Assembly: GCF_000150275.1 (NCBI RefSeq)
Contig: NW_002060943.1
Coordinates: 6,688,299-6,752,298, forward strand
Source of the DNA: Trichoplax adhaerens
Lineage: Eukaryota > Animalia > Placozoa
Reading direction: 5' to 3'
DNA length: 64,000 bases
Position numbers and translations under genes: made by a program. Shown one piece after another: positions 24,201-37,423 of this stretch (position 1 is its first letter; every line of letters starts with the position of its first letter). The notes below the pieces were generated by a model. That model had not been told where the DNA came from, did not search any database, and was given only the letters and a program-made list of their open reading frames with translations.

Positions 24201-27200
24201 ATTCAATCAGCCTACTATATGACTTGCAATTCGCTAAATTTCACAGTCGTAATTAAAAAAAGCTGTTCAAAATCAGACAAGCTAGCAGCTACGATAGAAT
24301 CCGTTTTTAGAGGCTACAATCACTCTTTACATACTCAGTAATTATATGAATATATCATAAATTGTACTCATTACAATAATATACAACATTTTTCAATATG
24401 GAAACAGTCGTAATAATTTAATTACTATTTACATCCATACTTATTCGTTTGCACTTTTCAGTTTAAGTAAGTAAATCTAAAGATCCTTTCCGATTAGTCT
24501 ATTGATTTTTTAAATATCATATGTATTTATATAGTTATTATAAACAAGATTATACTAAATCATAAATAAATGTAGATTAGTAATTTGCAATTGCATCCCA
24601 GGTATCGAGAACTTGTTCTTCAATCGCTTTTCATTTACAACTGTAATCAATATTGAGGCTTTCATTCTGTATATATCAGTCTCTCTCAACATCTGCCGAA
24701 AGAAGAAAGGCTGCAAAAGTTGATCTATCGAACGAAAGACGAAGTCTTAGAGATAGCTTTAAACATCGCTTTGGTATCAAGGACGATAAAAAGAAATCTC
24801 AATCTTCTGCCCAAGCGACTACATCAAGTGCACAAGTACCCAATAAATTGTAAGCTTAAATTTCTTCCTATGAAAAGATTACATTGAGGCTTTGATAACG
24901 TAGCCTCTGTGTGTTGCTACATAGAAACAGCATATGTTTAACATTGTGCACGATGGTGAATTTAATACATTGAATAATACGCGAGCCGTACATTCTGCAG
25001 TATCTTTATCTTGTAAATAACTTTTTCTACTTACAATTATTGCATTTAGCATTGATAAAATGTAAGTTTCTAAAAATTACATGAAGCCTTTTTGGCACGT
25101 ATAAAAAAATAAATCAGTTACAAGAGTTAGATGTTCCCACTGTCTAGAAAAAATATTGTCTATCTTGTTTTACAAATTATATCACAAAAAATAGAGAACC
25201 AGATTTGAATCGTTGCCAATTATTTGTAGGCCAAAACAGGAAGTTCATAGCGAGAGCGTTGATCCAATAAATCACCAGCCGCAAGGGAATAGCGAAATGG
25301 ACAGAGGACAAATTCCGAAATCGAAAATTTCTCCGAGGACTTCCGTCGTGGATTATGCAGATCTACACCAGTACGAAGATATTGATACATCCGCCGAGAT
25401 AGTGTACGGCAATGGAATAGTGAATCAACAACGATCACCCATTACTACCCCTGTGAGAGAAAATCCAGGTTAATAAACGCTTTCTTGTCCTAATATCATT
25501 AAGATCGCAGCCAACATAAATTAGAATAATGAAAATTCTCAATTTTCTCATAAAATTCATTCTGAGGTTAATATTTTTCCATTTTGTATTTCTAGGATCG
25601 ATAATTAACACAGCAAGGCTACTTCAAAATCAGTCTGTGAATAGTACTAATTCTGCAAGAACTACTCCTCAAAGATCTCCGATACATGGAGATGTTCCAG
25701 GAGTAACTCCACCTAGTACATTTCAAGATCCAAAACCCAAAACGTCTATAAATGAACAAGGGAATCGAAGGCCCAACCAAGAGCAACGTCCTAAACAGCC
25801 GAAACAGTATGATGTTTCCGCAGATAAGCAGCAACGGCCGCAAAATTTGCCAGTTGCTAAAAATGGAGAAGCAAGAAACATAAATAATTTATCCGATACC
25901 AATGGGGTAGCGCCCAAAACAGTCGCTGATCAACCTAGAAGCCCAAAGCGTACTACCCCAACGGAGAATCAACGACAACAGCCATCATATCAGCAAGCAC
26001 CACCACAAGGTGTTCAACGTGGGGCTCCATCTAATATTAGGCCAAGCAATAACAAGTATGGCTATGATACTCCTCAAGCTCGGCCAGCACAAAATCCTGT
26101 ACCACCACAAGGCTATCGACGAATAAACTCCAACGATAAATCACCTACATCTGATGTTATAGGACGTAAACCTCAACAACAAGGTGTTCGTTTTCCAAAT
26201 CAAAATAATATGACGACGAATGAAAGGCAGTTCCAAAACTACCAGGCAAGGCCAAAAGTCCAACAACCGAATGTAAGACCTCAAAATCCGGCTCAGATGA
26301 GTAGAGTATCACCTACAGGTAACAATCCACCAAACTATAATCATCGCCCTTCGCAAGAGATAAAAAGTCAAGCGAATAATAAACCTGTGCGTTATGCTCT
26401 TCCGCCGCAGCAGCAGCAGCAAAATATTCAGCCTCGATCAGCTGGACCATCAGTCAATACCAGACCCCAGACTCAAGGCGGATATCGACCGCCATCCGCT
26501 GCAGTTAACAATTCAAATCCTCCTAGATATATTCGCCCCAACCAGTCAAGTGGGCTGCAAAATCCAAGGCAACGAATACCAGCTACCCAACAGATACAAT
26601 ATCAAGTCAATGCTCAGAAAGTAGAAAACGTATACGAAATTTCAACGACCAATGTCAACGAACGTATGGCTCTTAAAAATGTGACAACTAGTAAATCATC
26701 TGTTGAGCAACTTCACACAAGAACGCAACCTTCAGCAAATAGAAAAGTAATTCCCTCCAATAACACAGCGATCAGTAATACAGCTATTGCGTAAAAATAG
26801 ACCTATAATTTAGATAGCATCAAGTTTATACGTTACTCTTTAAATGTAATACCTGTAAAAATTTATTAGACCTTTATGCGCTAACAAGCTTGATTTGTGG
26901 TAAGCGTCGATAATTGATTCAATTTCTTGATATTCTAGCCTAGAGGAGGTATCGTTGAAGGTGAAGACCGAGTCATTGAAATGATTAAGCCGAGTAAAGG
27001 CTTCGGATTAAGTTTACTTGGTGCTTCAGAATTTGGTGTCTACGTAGCCAAATTAAATGTCGGTGGAGCTGCAGAAATTGATGGGCGGTTTAAGAAGGGA
27101 GATCAAATTATTGAAGTCAATGGCTTTGAAATAGGTAATGAAGACGCTGATATTTGGTAAAAGCTACTTACTGTACCGTGATAGCTAATGCAACGCAGAA

Positions 27201-27820
27201 TTAAATGATGCCTAGATAAAATTTATGCACAATGCAGTTATATTTCATTAATGAGTCAGTTAGAATAAATTTTAGAAGGTTGCGTAGTTAGTATATTCCT
27301 TTTGTACTGTACCGTATTATTTAAAAATTTCTTTTACTTGGTTCTCTAGATGGTATGTCCTATGGCGAAGCTGCACAGATTCTACGGGTACGTAGAAGTA
27401 AAATTTCTCTAAAATAAATACAATATAATTATTGCATAGGCAGACGCATAATAAAATAATATCGATTTTCGCCACAAATAGGAAATTGGTGTAGGCTCTC
27501 GAGCAACTTTCCATGTACGACATAACTCCACAGGTAATCATAAAAAATCTAGATCTTAATAGAACCAGTATAAATGTTGCTATTAAATATCTGAGAAAAT
27601 AATTTATATTATACTCTACTATCTATACATTGGATGAAGAATAAAATTAGTTTTACACGGTACATGTTATACCTAAACTGTTTTATTTAGATCTTCCGCT
27701 ACACTTATCATCAATTATATTAAATTATAATAACTTTCACTTCAAAATATAGGTCTAGCTAAATTTGAAGAGTTTAGAGAAAGAAAGAGAATGGGAAAAA
27801 TTGCGAACAATACAGACTAA
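21276..27820 (+). CDS. DLG-type L27 domain + long Q/P/N-rich disordered linker + single PDZ domain scaffold, about 700 aa (apparent 1-nt frameshift in exon 2)
   Basis: Exons 21276-21294, 21715-21874, 24680-24849, 25050-25061, 25230-25468, 25596-26746, 26939-27134, 27350-27387, 27482-27533, 27753-27820 with GT-AG. L27: MAQVKKD...EDQEMLAEVLSLMKHRLFKNVMDIQEDY. PDZ: KGFGLSLLG..EFGVYVAKLNVGGAAEIDGRFKKGDQIIEVNG...GMSYGEAAQILR. The sum is 2105 nt, one base short of frame; additional small exons in the 2.8-kb intron cannot be excluded. Confidence 0.75.
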
Positions 27821-29432
27821 TAACTTATTAAACGTTTTTCGACTGTAGCGGCAATGGTGTAAATAATGAATCCATGGCCTTGAGTTTATTCTGTATCGCC
27901 TCAATGTATTCATCTAATGTACTACTAACTGAATAAGTAAAGGGTATAATTTAATTTAGTTGATAAATAATACTAAGAAATGAAATTAAGTATTACATGA
28001 TTGCAGTAAAGTTTAACTTGCCATCAAATATTCAATCACTGCCGGAATGATTGTTAAATTTCTATTTGCAACGATAGACTTAGATTTCTTGGATTTTAAA
28101 CCAGGCAATGGTAGTATCATGCATTCTCGTAACCGCAAAGCAATGCATACACCGCATAATCTTAATGGTGACAACGTAACTTCGATTATCGAATACTGTT
28201 ACAACTTAATACATTAAACCCAGAAATCTAAGGCTACTTGTAAAACAATTCTGGTATAATTAATCGAATCAATTGTAAGATGGATTCAGAAATCTAAAAC
28301 TTGTAATATCATTAATACTATTTTGAATTCATCGCCAATGAAACACAGGGATAATATATATATTTTTCTTCATAGAAAATTCACTTTCATAAATAACTGT
28401 TGATGTCTGTTATTAACTTTAGGTATACTGTTTCTGTGACTATAATTACTTATAATGTAATAGCTGGTAATTAATAGAGTGTGACAAAAGCTGTTTATAA
28501 CATCTAGCAATAGATACACATTGTTTATACGATAGTATCTTTGACAGTATGAAAAAATTATTTTTCATACACTCGTTTCAATTTGGTTCACATTCGTTGG
28601 ATAGCAACAGCACTATCAAGACTAATTAATGAGCCTTCATCAAAATAAATATTCATATTTTGAAGTGATATAAATATAGCGATAATCACTTATTGTACGC
28701 TGAGAGAAAAGCAGCGGAAAGTCTAAATTAATGAACTATTTTCGTGAAGAGACTGAAAACTTCTATAACGTTTCTTTAAGGGGCAATCTTAAAATCCATA
28801 TAGCTTAGTTATGGATTTTCATAATCGTTTTTCGTTGTAAGAGTAATAAGTCGAGAAATCTCAAAATATAAAATTTATTTTAGAGTTTCTATAATAATTA
28901 TTAACGCGTGCAAGTACGATAATTTATCAAGCTGTTATTGAATAGTAATTGAAAACTTGACTTATCCGGCTTATTATCATTCAGTTAGTGACAGCACTTT
29001 TACTGTCTTTTATTGCATTATTTTCTACTCTAAATCTGCCAATTTGATGTTACCAAAGGATCTCAGTACTGTAATATTAGTTATATTACCTTAATCTTCT
29101 ACGAAGTACATAGCAAACTATTATCGCAGAACATCCTTAAAATGTAGTTTCTTAAGCGCTCATTGGATGACCGAAAAAATTTCTAAATTATGTATTACTG
29201 TATTCTTATGTTGATTATAGGCAAGTTTGCATAGTTATCGTCCGTAGTGAATGATGATTGATTAAGAACTTGCGAACAAGCAATTAAAAATCCTAATTTG
29301 AATCTGGTAAGTCGCTAAAATAGCTTTAGCAGTCTTCTGTCGCATTGCATTTTTGTTCTTTATGGTTATTTCGGTATAAGTTGAGGTAATAGTTTTATGA
29401 TTTCCACAGCTATTTGCATTGTAGGCGTAATA

Positions 29433-29780
29433 AAGTAATAACCTGCCCAAGAAAGATGATTTAGAAAGCACTTATTAAATAACAGTGGGAAAGTTTAACT
29501 TATACGTACAAGTGCTATATCCGAAAGTAATTGATTTTCTTAATTAATAATAGCAGCTGGTTAGAAATTATTCGATATGTAAATATACCTTTGGACTACT
29601 AGAAGAAGACTTCTCCTACGAGCAGTCCATAACATGGCAAACTAATAACCTAACCAAGAAAGATCATTTTGAAAGCATTTATTGCATGATCTTGCGAAAG
29701 TTCAACTTATATAAGCCCTGAATCAGAAAGTATTTGATTTTCATAATTAATGATAGCAGCTGGTTGGAAATTATTCTATA
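29433..29780. repeat. Degenerate two-copy tandem duplication, period about 207 bp
   Basis: TAATAACCT..CCAAGAAAGAT.ATTT.GAAAGCA.TTATT...GAAAGTA.TTGATTTTC.TAATTAAT.ATAGCAGCTGGTT.GAAATTATTC occurs at about 29435 and 29642; a partial relative (TAGAAG.AG.CTT..TACGAGCAG.CCAT) is near 30705. Confidence 0.8.
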
Positions 29781-32359
29781 TTGTTCGATTCCGATTTTAT
29801 CAAACTAGACAGTATAGTTTAGCAATTTAAATTTTTTTCACTAAATTACAGTACGTATAAAGTCACTACCTATCAATTTCTGTTTCTACACAGCTATAAA
29901 AAATACTACTGTATAATGGGAAAAATATTGAAGGTATTTACAAGTATTATTGGCTTATTTAAGGACGAAAGTTCCGACAATAAAGAGAATCATAAGATTA
30001 TGATTGAAATTGTTCAAACTACGGCTTCTTTACTCGAAGCTTTCATACGGACACTATGTCGAGAGAGAATTAGTATATACTCATAAGACTGAAACAGGAA
30101 ACACCATTCGAATTAAAACACCTTCTTTAGTCCTAAGTCTATCAAACAGTCATGATGATGGTGTTATCGTGATTATCTTTATTTTTGATTTGTTTAGATC
30201 GATATATTACCGATCTTAATGGGTTCCCAACGTGATTATTTCACAACTGTGAAAATTCATTCATTATTGACATCTGCTAACGAACATAATCAGTTTGGAA
30301 ACTGACTGTTACTTCTCACCTACTCTCACCATTCTTTCATTAGAAAAAGAAGTTATTTATTTCTGTATCTATCCCTCTATTGTGAAAATTAAACAATTTT
30401 TACAGTATTGCTATGCCTTTTCGAGATGGAGACATTCAGAATTGTAATTTTTTGGCGTCAAATTTACGTAAAGTGATCAAAGACAGAAAGAAGATTACAA
30501 TGCGTTTATGTCTCCATCTTTCACGCACCTAATACCTTAAATGTTGCGTAAAATATTTTTAATTTAAAGCTACTGTTAATGAAATGATACCACCGCTTCG
30601 TCATCTCAGCATTTTCTCCAGTATTGCGGGCGCTGTAAATAATCGATAAAGTAAGCTAATCTTAAACTGAATATGAAATAATTGTTCAAGCTAGTAATGA
30701 TTAATTTAGAAGTAGTCTTTTACGAGCAGCCATGATTTTTACGCTCAAAGAACAGGTCATTAATTGATTACCCCTACTTACATCTAAGAAATAACATTTA
30801 TTCCTTGATAAATTTCTTTCGATGATGAAATAAAATAAATTAGATTTATTACAATTTTGTATTCTTTAGTAATCGATCAATAAGCATCTAGGGTTATGTT
30901 TTGCTTTTGATCGTAGAGTTGCTAGAGTAAAAATATGAAGTAAACAAGATGAATCACTTCTAGCCTCAATTCTGTCGGTAGTCATGAATCATCAATAACT
31001 GCTTACCCACAGCTTTTATTCTATTTCTCCCAACGAGACAGTAGCATAGTTTATGAATTAAAAATAGACCATGCATGGTTAGAATGATATCTCCAATAGG
31101 CAATAATATTGCCTTAAAGCTATGAAAAACTAATCAATATCTACCACCATTGAATTTAGCACAAACAATGTATTTTAATTTTTCAACTGTACACATCAAG
31201 CAAAGAAAGATTCAGACAGCTTTGTTATCAGATCGAATTCAAAAAGAAAACTTTCTCAAGAGTTTAGAATTTGACGCTATTATGATAGAGAAAAAATGAG
31301 TTTGGAATCGAGTTCCTTAAGGTAGAATAATAACGGACGACTGTCTGATTCTCTTTGTACTTACCGTTTCTACTCGTATATAGTCGCTGGTACCCAAATT
31401 CTTGAAAGCAAAGGCAAAAATGATATAAATAGATTTTCGTCGTCAGATATTTTCATGATAACAAATACCGAAATTCTCTCCATCTGCTCATGTGAAAGTT
31501 CCATCAGAAAGAAAATCTATACTGATTTCGATCTAAGCATCGTCGGATACCCTTAGGGATATCATCTATATTTCTTGGCAATTATTCGAACTTTAAGGTC
31601 TCTTCATTATTTAGAATTTAGCTTTGGATTGATGGCTCTGGTTAACCAATTTTATGACACTGGCTAAAGAATTTCAGATTCAATCTGGCATTAAGTCTTC
31701 AGTCATCCGAACTATTAATAAGCGCACCTACTTCGTGTCCTGTTGCCATCCTTTTCCAATCTGATGAGAAATTGTTCGAAAGTAAGTAAATATACTTCTA
31801 GTTGCTAATACACGTATTTCAGTATAACCATTTTGGCTAAATAAGTATATCACAATTTTACGGCAACTCCAACGCTTATTAAAAATTTCCCTCGCTAAAA
31901 GCACTGAAATCGCTTTCTCGTCTCAAATAAATTGTTTTAGTAAAACTAGAATCGTAGCTGTTTTATAGAAGAATTCAGTGGGTAGTTAGCGCATGTTATC
32001 TTTTCAAATAAGTATGACTATATAGCATTATCTTAGACTTTAATGTTATTTAAGGAGTAGAAAGCTCTTGATGATAAATATCTTAAGTCCAGTACTTTCC
32101 CAAATATATCAGATTCTAAAGTGATAACGGCTGTATTTAAATTAATAGAAGAAAAGTAGTAATATAGCAAATTAATCAAGTTCTAATTTTACGTCAAAAT
32201 GCGGCCTGAATCAATTAATGATAGCGTATTTATCTTCTCTTGATAGTTTATTTGATGATCGAGTTTTGCAAAATTTCTCCGAAATATCGATAGAATTTTT
32301 ACCTCTTATATATCGGATTAGTGTCCTCTTTGCCCATAGATAATTCAAGTCTGTATAAA

Positions 32360-33418
32360 ATGTTGGAAGACATGCAAGGAATCCCGCTAAATATGAGCTA
32401 TTACCATAAATCAACTACTGTCTATGTTTTTCATTACATCTACGGCATTATTGCTGGCCTAAGTATTGTGGTCAATTTAACCATCCTTTTGTTGATTGTA
32501 TGCAATAAACATCTGCTTCGTAGACCGACAAATTTAATACTATGTAGTCTTGCCTTAGCCGATCTTTTCACAAGCATTGGTCTTTTCTTAACACCAAACG
32601 CAGTTATACCATGGCATTATTATCATCTTTTCATAACTATACTAGGCATCGATATGTTTTGCCTAGCATTAGCATCCTATTATTTATTTTTTACCTTTGG
32701 TTCGATATCAATAGTAACCATAACTATCATTGCTTATGAACGTTGGATCGCTATCAACAAAGCAAGGCATTATAGAAAAATTTTTACAGTCAAAAGAGCC
32801 ATCATCATCTTAACCGCAGTATGGTTATTTATACCCGGTTTGAATATCGATCGTTTGATGATGATGAGAGCAAATCAAAATTGGACATTGAACGCATTTC
32901 CTTGCCGTCTAATTCAATTATCGAGCCACACGTTTAGTAAAGCCTGCTATTACCTTGCTTTAGAATCGCTAAGGATATTCATACCAATTCTTTTGATGAT
33001 CCAGAAGTATTACTCGATTTCTAGACATTTTTATCATCGTCAGAGTGCGGTAAAGTCTTATATTATTCGCGGTCTAAAACGCAATCGAATTCGACGCCTT
33101 ACTGTTATAGCCTCAACAGCTACAGCGATCTTATTAATATGCTGGTTACCGCACGAATTATATTATAGCCTTTATCTATTCCAAGCAGTGCCTCATAATG
33201 AGGCACTCAATCGGACATTTAAAGCAATGATAGTATTAAATACCGTTCTAAATCCAATCATGTATACAGCCATGAATACTTTCTGCAAGCGTAAGCTACT
33301 AGCTATATTAGGTCGAATAAACATATGCAATCTATTTACAGTTAAAGAAACCAGAACATTTCTTTCTATCCAAGATTACCATTCCTGTGGGCTGCCTGCA
33401 AGCAAGATTTACTATTAA
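32360..33418 (+). CDS. Intronless class A (rhodopsin-like) orphan GPCR
   Basis: Seven hydrophobic segments; TM1 N, TM2 SLALAD, TM3 YERW, TM5 FIP, TM6 CWLP, TM7 NPIMY. The ORF track starts at a GTG (32321); the first ATG is at 32360. Confidence 0.93.
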   Translation: MLEDMQGIPLNMSYYHKSTTVYVFHYIYGIIAGLSIVVNLTILLLIVCNKHLLRRPTNLILCSLALADLFTSIGLFLTPNAVIPWHYYHLFITILGIDMFCLALASYYLFFTFGSISIVTITIIAYERWIAINKARHYRKIFTVKRAIIILTAVWLFIPGLNIDRLMMMRANQNWTLNAFPCRLIQLSSHTFSKACYYLALESLRIFIPILLMIQKYYSISRHFYHRQSAVKSYIIRGLKRNRIRRLTVIASTATAILLICWLPHELYYSLYLFQAVPHNEALNRTFKAMIVLNTVLNPIMYTAMNTFCKRKLLAILGRINICNLFTVKETRTFLSIQDYHSCGLPASKIYY

Positions 33419-36367
33419 TGACATCTAGTTCATCATGAAGGGATCATCCTTTGCACTGTCGCTTTTATTTAAAATGCCTATTTCTTTGCATTGTGATTAT
33501 TTCTACGTAATAACATCACTCTAGTATAAATCTTTATTATGTTCTTTAAATCATATAAAAACTGTTTCTTCAATTCATATCTATACTTATAGTGTATCCC
33601 TATTTATACAATAATCATATTTAAGTACTGGCATAGGTTGCCATCTGTACGAAGGCACCAGTTCGCAGTATTGACTCGCAAAGGATAAAAATATAGTCTT
33701 ACACTTTCTATTTGCAGTTCTATCTATGTACTTTTATGCCTGATGACTTTATTACGTAACGCTATTACGTAAGCAAAATTGATTTATCTCGTTTAAATTT
33801 TAACAAACCGACTAAAGGTATTGTAATATATTTCTACGCGTTACTTCACATTGTTTATCCTGCACGTGATAAGTTTGATCAATTCTGATTTAGTAGCATT
33901 TAGTAAAATATATTTATGATTTATCTTGCTTGATAGGAAGCCATCGGTCAACACTACGGTGATCAAACCACATTTTTTATCACATTTTCAATATAATTAA
34001 ACATTTTGATATTAACTTCCTTATATATTATTGCTTAACATTATAAATATAAATAATTAAAAACCTCATTGCCTCATTTTTATTTCATACTCTTAAGCTT
34101 ACCAATTCCTGGCAGACATCTAGTGTAAATCCACCCGAGACCCATAAGTCCAACATAATTCTTATCGTAATTGAAAATAGTGTACGTAGTATATGATTCT
34201 ATAAGCTGTATAGTATAGAATATTCAGTAGGTCTTTTATTCAATAGCGACAGCTAAGGGGCAATGTCATATTAATACCATTTCTGGTTACGGAAATTATC
34301 ATCGACAGTACACCGGTGACAGTCATACATAGGTAACTTTAAAGTAATGTACAGACTGGTTTATTTATTTGTTATAAGTAGATTTTAGGCTTATGGTTCA
34401 CAGTCTAATAAGTTCAACATTAAAACTGTTAAGGTTAGAATAATTCCTCAATACACCACGTACGAGCTGTGCGAATAGTACAAACCTCCTAATTCAACAT
34501 ACCAGCCGCAATCTATAATTACTATATTAGATTAAACCGACTATTCGGAGTCATACCGTTCTTGATAGCATACTTTTACCATAATTTAAAGTCGTACAAC
34601 TACCGTAGTTAACTAATATCTCTACAACATTAACTGAAGAAGGCACTAATAGAAAAGATTTATGGCCTTCTTCCGTGATATAGACACTTGTATATGTGCG
34701 TATCCGTATACGCATAACACGCGTCTAATTACAGCTATTTATGGTAGAGCACGGTAAATAGGATTGCCATGTTCTATTTTTATTAGCAACTTCAAATTAA
34801 GTTTAGTATATATATACATAACATTTAGATAGTTAATCTGACTTTTTCCATACTTGCACTACCATACTTTTACTCTATTTCTTTGGATTAGTAAATCCAT
34901 GCAATAGAGGCATAATATGCTAAACGATTACGATATTACGTTCTCTGGAATAAGGTTATTAGGATGTACGATACGTTGCTTTTAGTATTGAAAACCAGCT
35001 TCAAATTACTATGACTACTAAAAAATAAAAGTGAACTGAGCTTAGAGCTGAGCAATGAAATAATTGCATTAAACACTTGTAAGTATCGGCATCACCATAT
35101 TGATCGTATAAACAGCACGGTACACGCGTTAACATTGAATCACTAAAAACTTACGCGCAAGTGTTCTAACATATAAAATACAGCTAACTGCGGAATAATA
35201 GACAGAATTGTAATTCTTACTTTCTATTGCTTTCTAAGTAGCATTGACAAGGCTTAAAGCATGTATCATTTTATGAAATAGACTTGCTTTAACTCCGACG
35301 GAGATACTGTTATTTCTTCATCAAATCTAACAATTTTGTAATTTAGATATGTAAAAGTTAGATCAACTAAAAAATGAACCTAATATGTCGCATGGCAAAG
35401 TAAGAATAATATTATTAAACTGTCATATCTGGTTTGCATACGAAAACTTAAAATCAAAGAAATAGTAATTATATCAGTTTTATTAACTGTATAATGATAG
35501 AAATATGTATTTTTCGAAAAAATATTGATTTTGTTATTTATTTACAGAATGCGTATTGCTAAGGCTTTCATTATTGGTTATAACTGTAAATAGCTTACAA
35601 TTTATTATTCTGCATTGAAAAAATCTGTGTAGGTACGATTTATTTACATTACTAACTTTCAAGATAAATGTTTAGATTAGAATTATATTGACCAGGTGGA
35701 TATTTAATTACTTATTTATTTCTTTTCTAGGTGTTGACGTTTCTATAATAGCCTTAAACTAGAGTTAAGAACCGCTGCTAAGCTCAATAAAATCATATTT
35801 ATTTGCAAGTGATAACCAAATATTATTAATCAAATAAATGCAATATTTGACTATTTTCATAATAACAGCAACGCTAAAATTAGTAGTCCCTGGAAGTCAG
35901 TACAGTAGTATTCCAGTATAAGTCGCGTAAATATCTTCCTAAAAGAACAGCTGGAAAAAAAATAGTTTATTTATGAGTTGCAACAATCCCATTGCCCTCT
36001 TTATAGCGAACGCTACAATTTTTCTACTCCGATATTGTATTAACTTGATTGATTAGAAGGGAAACTGGTCAGTATCTGATAATTTATATTAATGATATCA
36101 CATTATATTCTAGTTATTATTATAAAATAGTTAAGAAATCTAACCTTAACTTCTATTAAACATCGTTGATTCAGACATCTATATTCTAGCCTCAAATAAT
36201 AAATTTCTCTATTCTGCAACCTATTACATCGAAATCATAAGCTATTACATTTGCATACATATTACATATTGCATTACTAACGCCAATTTGGCACTGTTTT
36301 ACGCAAGAGACAGCAATATTCCAGTAGCAATACACGCTAGCAACATTTTCAGACTATACAAAGTATA

Positions 36368-37423
36368 ATGAATCCCGAAAATCCCGAAATAGCTATTAAT
36401 TTAACATCTATGGCAAATGCTAATATTTCAATCTATAATTCTACAGGCTATTATCCATTACCCTTGTTTCTTCATGTCCTTTACGGTTTTATATCAGTAC
36501 TATCGATTATTTTTAACTCTACTGTCACGGCTCTGCTATGGCGTGGAATGCAAATAGAACATGCTTATACATTTTATGATCTGTTAATCATCAATATGGC
36601 TATTTCCGACTTATCCATTGGTACACTGACTCTAATTACGCCTGACTTTGTTATTCCTGCCAACAAGTATCTATATCCATCAGGTACAGTCGGAGATATT
36701 TTTTGCCGTATAATCTTTTCGGAGTATTTATTATTTACATTTGGTTTTTACTCAGTAGCTATTATAGCATTTATTAGCTTAGAAAGATGGGTCGCAATCG
36801 CTAAGCCTATAGTCTATCGGCGTTACTGCCGTTCTAGCAATGCCAAGTTGATTATGCCTATCATCTTCCTTATCAATATGGCCTTTAAAATAAGTAATGT
36901 AGTTAACGTCCATTACGACAATAACACTATGCCTCCGTGTAAGTGGTATCGTGTGTTTCCCACAGCAAATACTTATCTTTATTGGTTCACTGCTTCAGAA
37001 ATTATAACATTTTACGTACCATTAGTTATTATACTTTGCGCTAATATTAATATTGAAAGATGGAGTAAACTTCGATCTCCTAGTCGCCGAAAATATGCTT
37101 TGCCTCGATATCGACGGCGTAGAATGTCCAAAATGGTAATGGCAGCATCTGCAGCATTGATAATTTGTTGGCTACCTAACGAAATCTATTTTACATTGCG
37201 ATCATTTAAGCTTATACCACGAAGTCGAATATTTCATCGAACAGTCAAAGTCTTTGTTATATTGAATAGTGTGCTAAATCCAGTTATTTATGTTGCTTCC
37301 AATCGCAGCTACCGAAATTCCATCGTTGATATGGTACACCGAGCCAGCCTGTATACATTTATGGTAAACCGAAAAAGTTCATCAAATGATCTCGCTTGCG
37401 TAACATTAGATAAAAGTTGTTAG
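36368..37423 (+). CDS. Intronless class A orphan GPCR, 351 aa
   Basis: N-terminal NxS/T sites; TM2 NMAISD, TM3 FC...SLERW, ECL2 Cys, TM6 CWLPNEIY, TM7 NPVIY, helix 8 NRSYR. Confidence 0.95.
   Translation: MNPENPEIAINLTSMANANISIYNSTGYYPLPLFLHVLYGFISVLSIIFNSTVTALLWRGMQIEHAYTFYDLLIINMAISDLSIGTLTLITPDFVIPANKYLYPSGTVGDIFCRIIFSEYLLFTFGFYSVAIIAFISLERWVAIAKPIVYRRYCRSSNAKLIMPIIFLINMAFKISNVVNVHYDNNTMPPCKWYRVFPTANTYLYWFTASEIITFYVPLVIILCANINIERWSKLRSPSRRKYALPRYRRRRMSKMVMAASAALIICWLPNEIYFTLRSFKLIPRSRIFHRTVKVFVILNSVLNPVIYVASNRSYRNSIVDMVHRASLYTFMVNRKSSSNDLACVTLDKSC

Noticed and set aside
25529-26794. Stand-alone 421-aa secreted or membrane protein with a hydrophobic N-terminus
   Set aside because: The hydrophobic start is translated intron/polypyrimidine tract; the exon begins at 25596 and belongs to the L27-PDZ gene.
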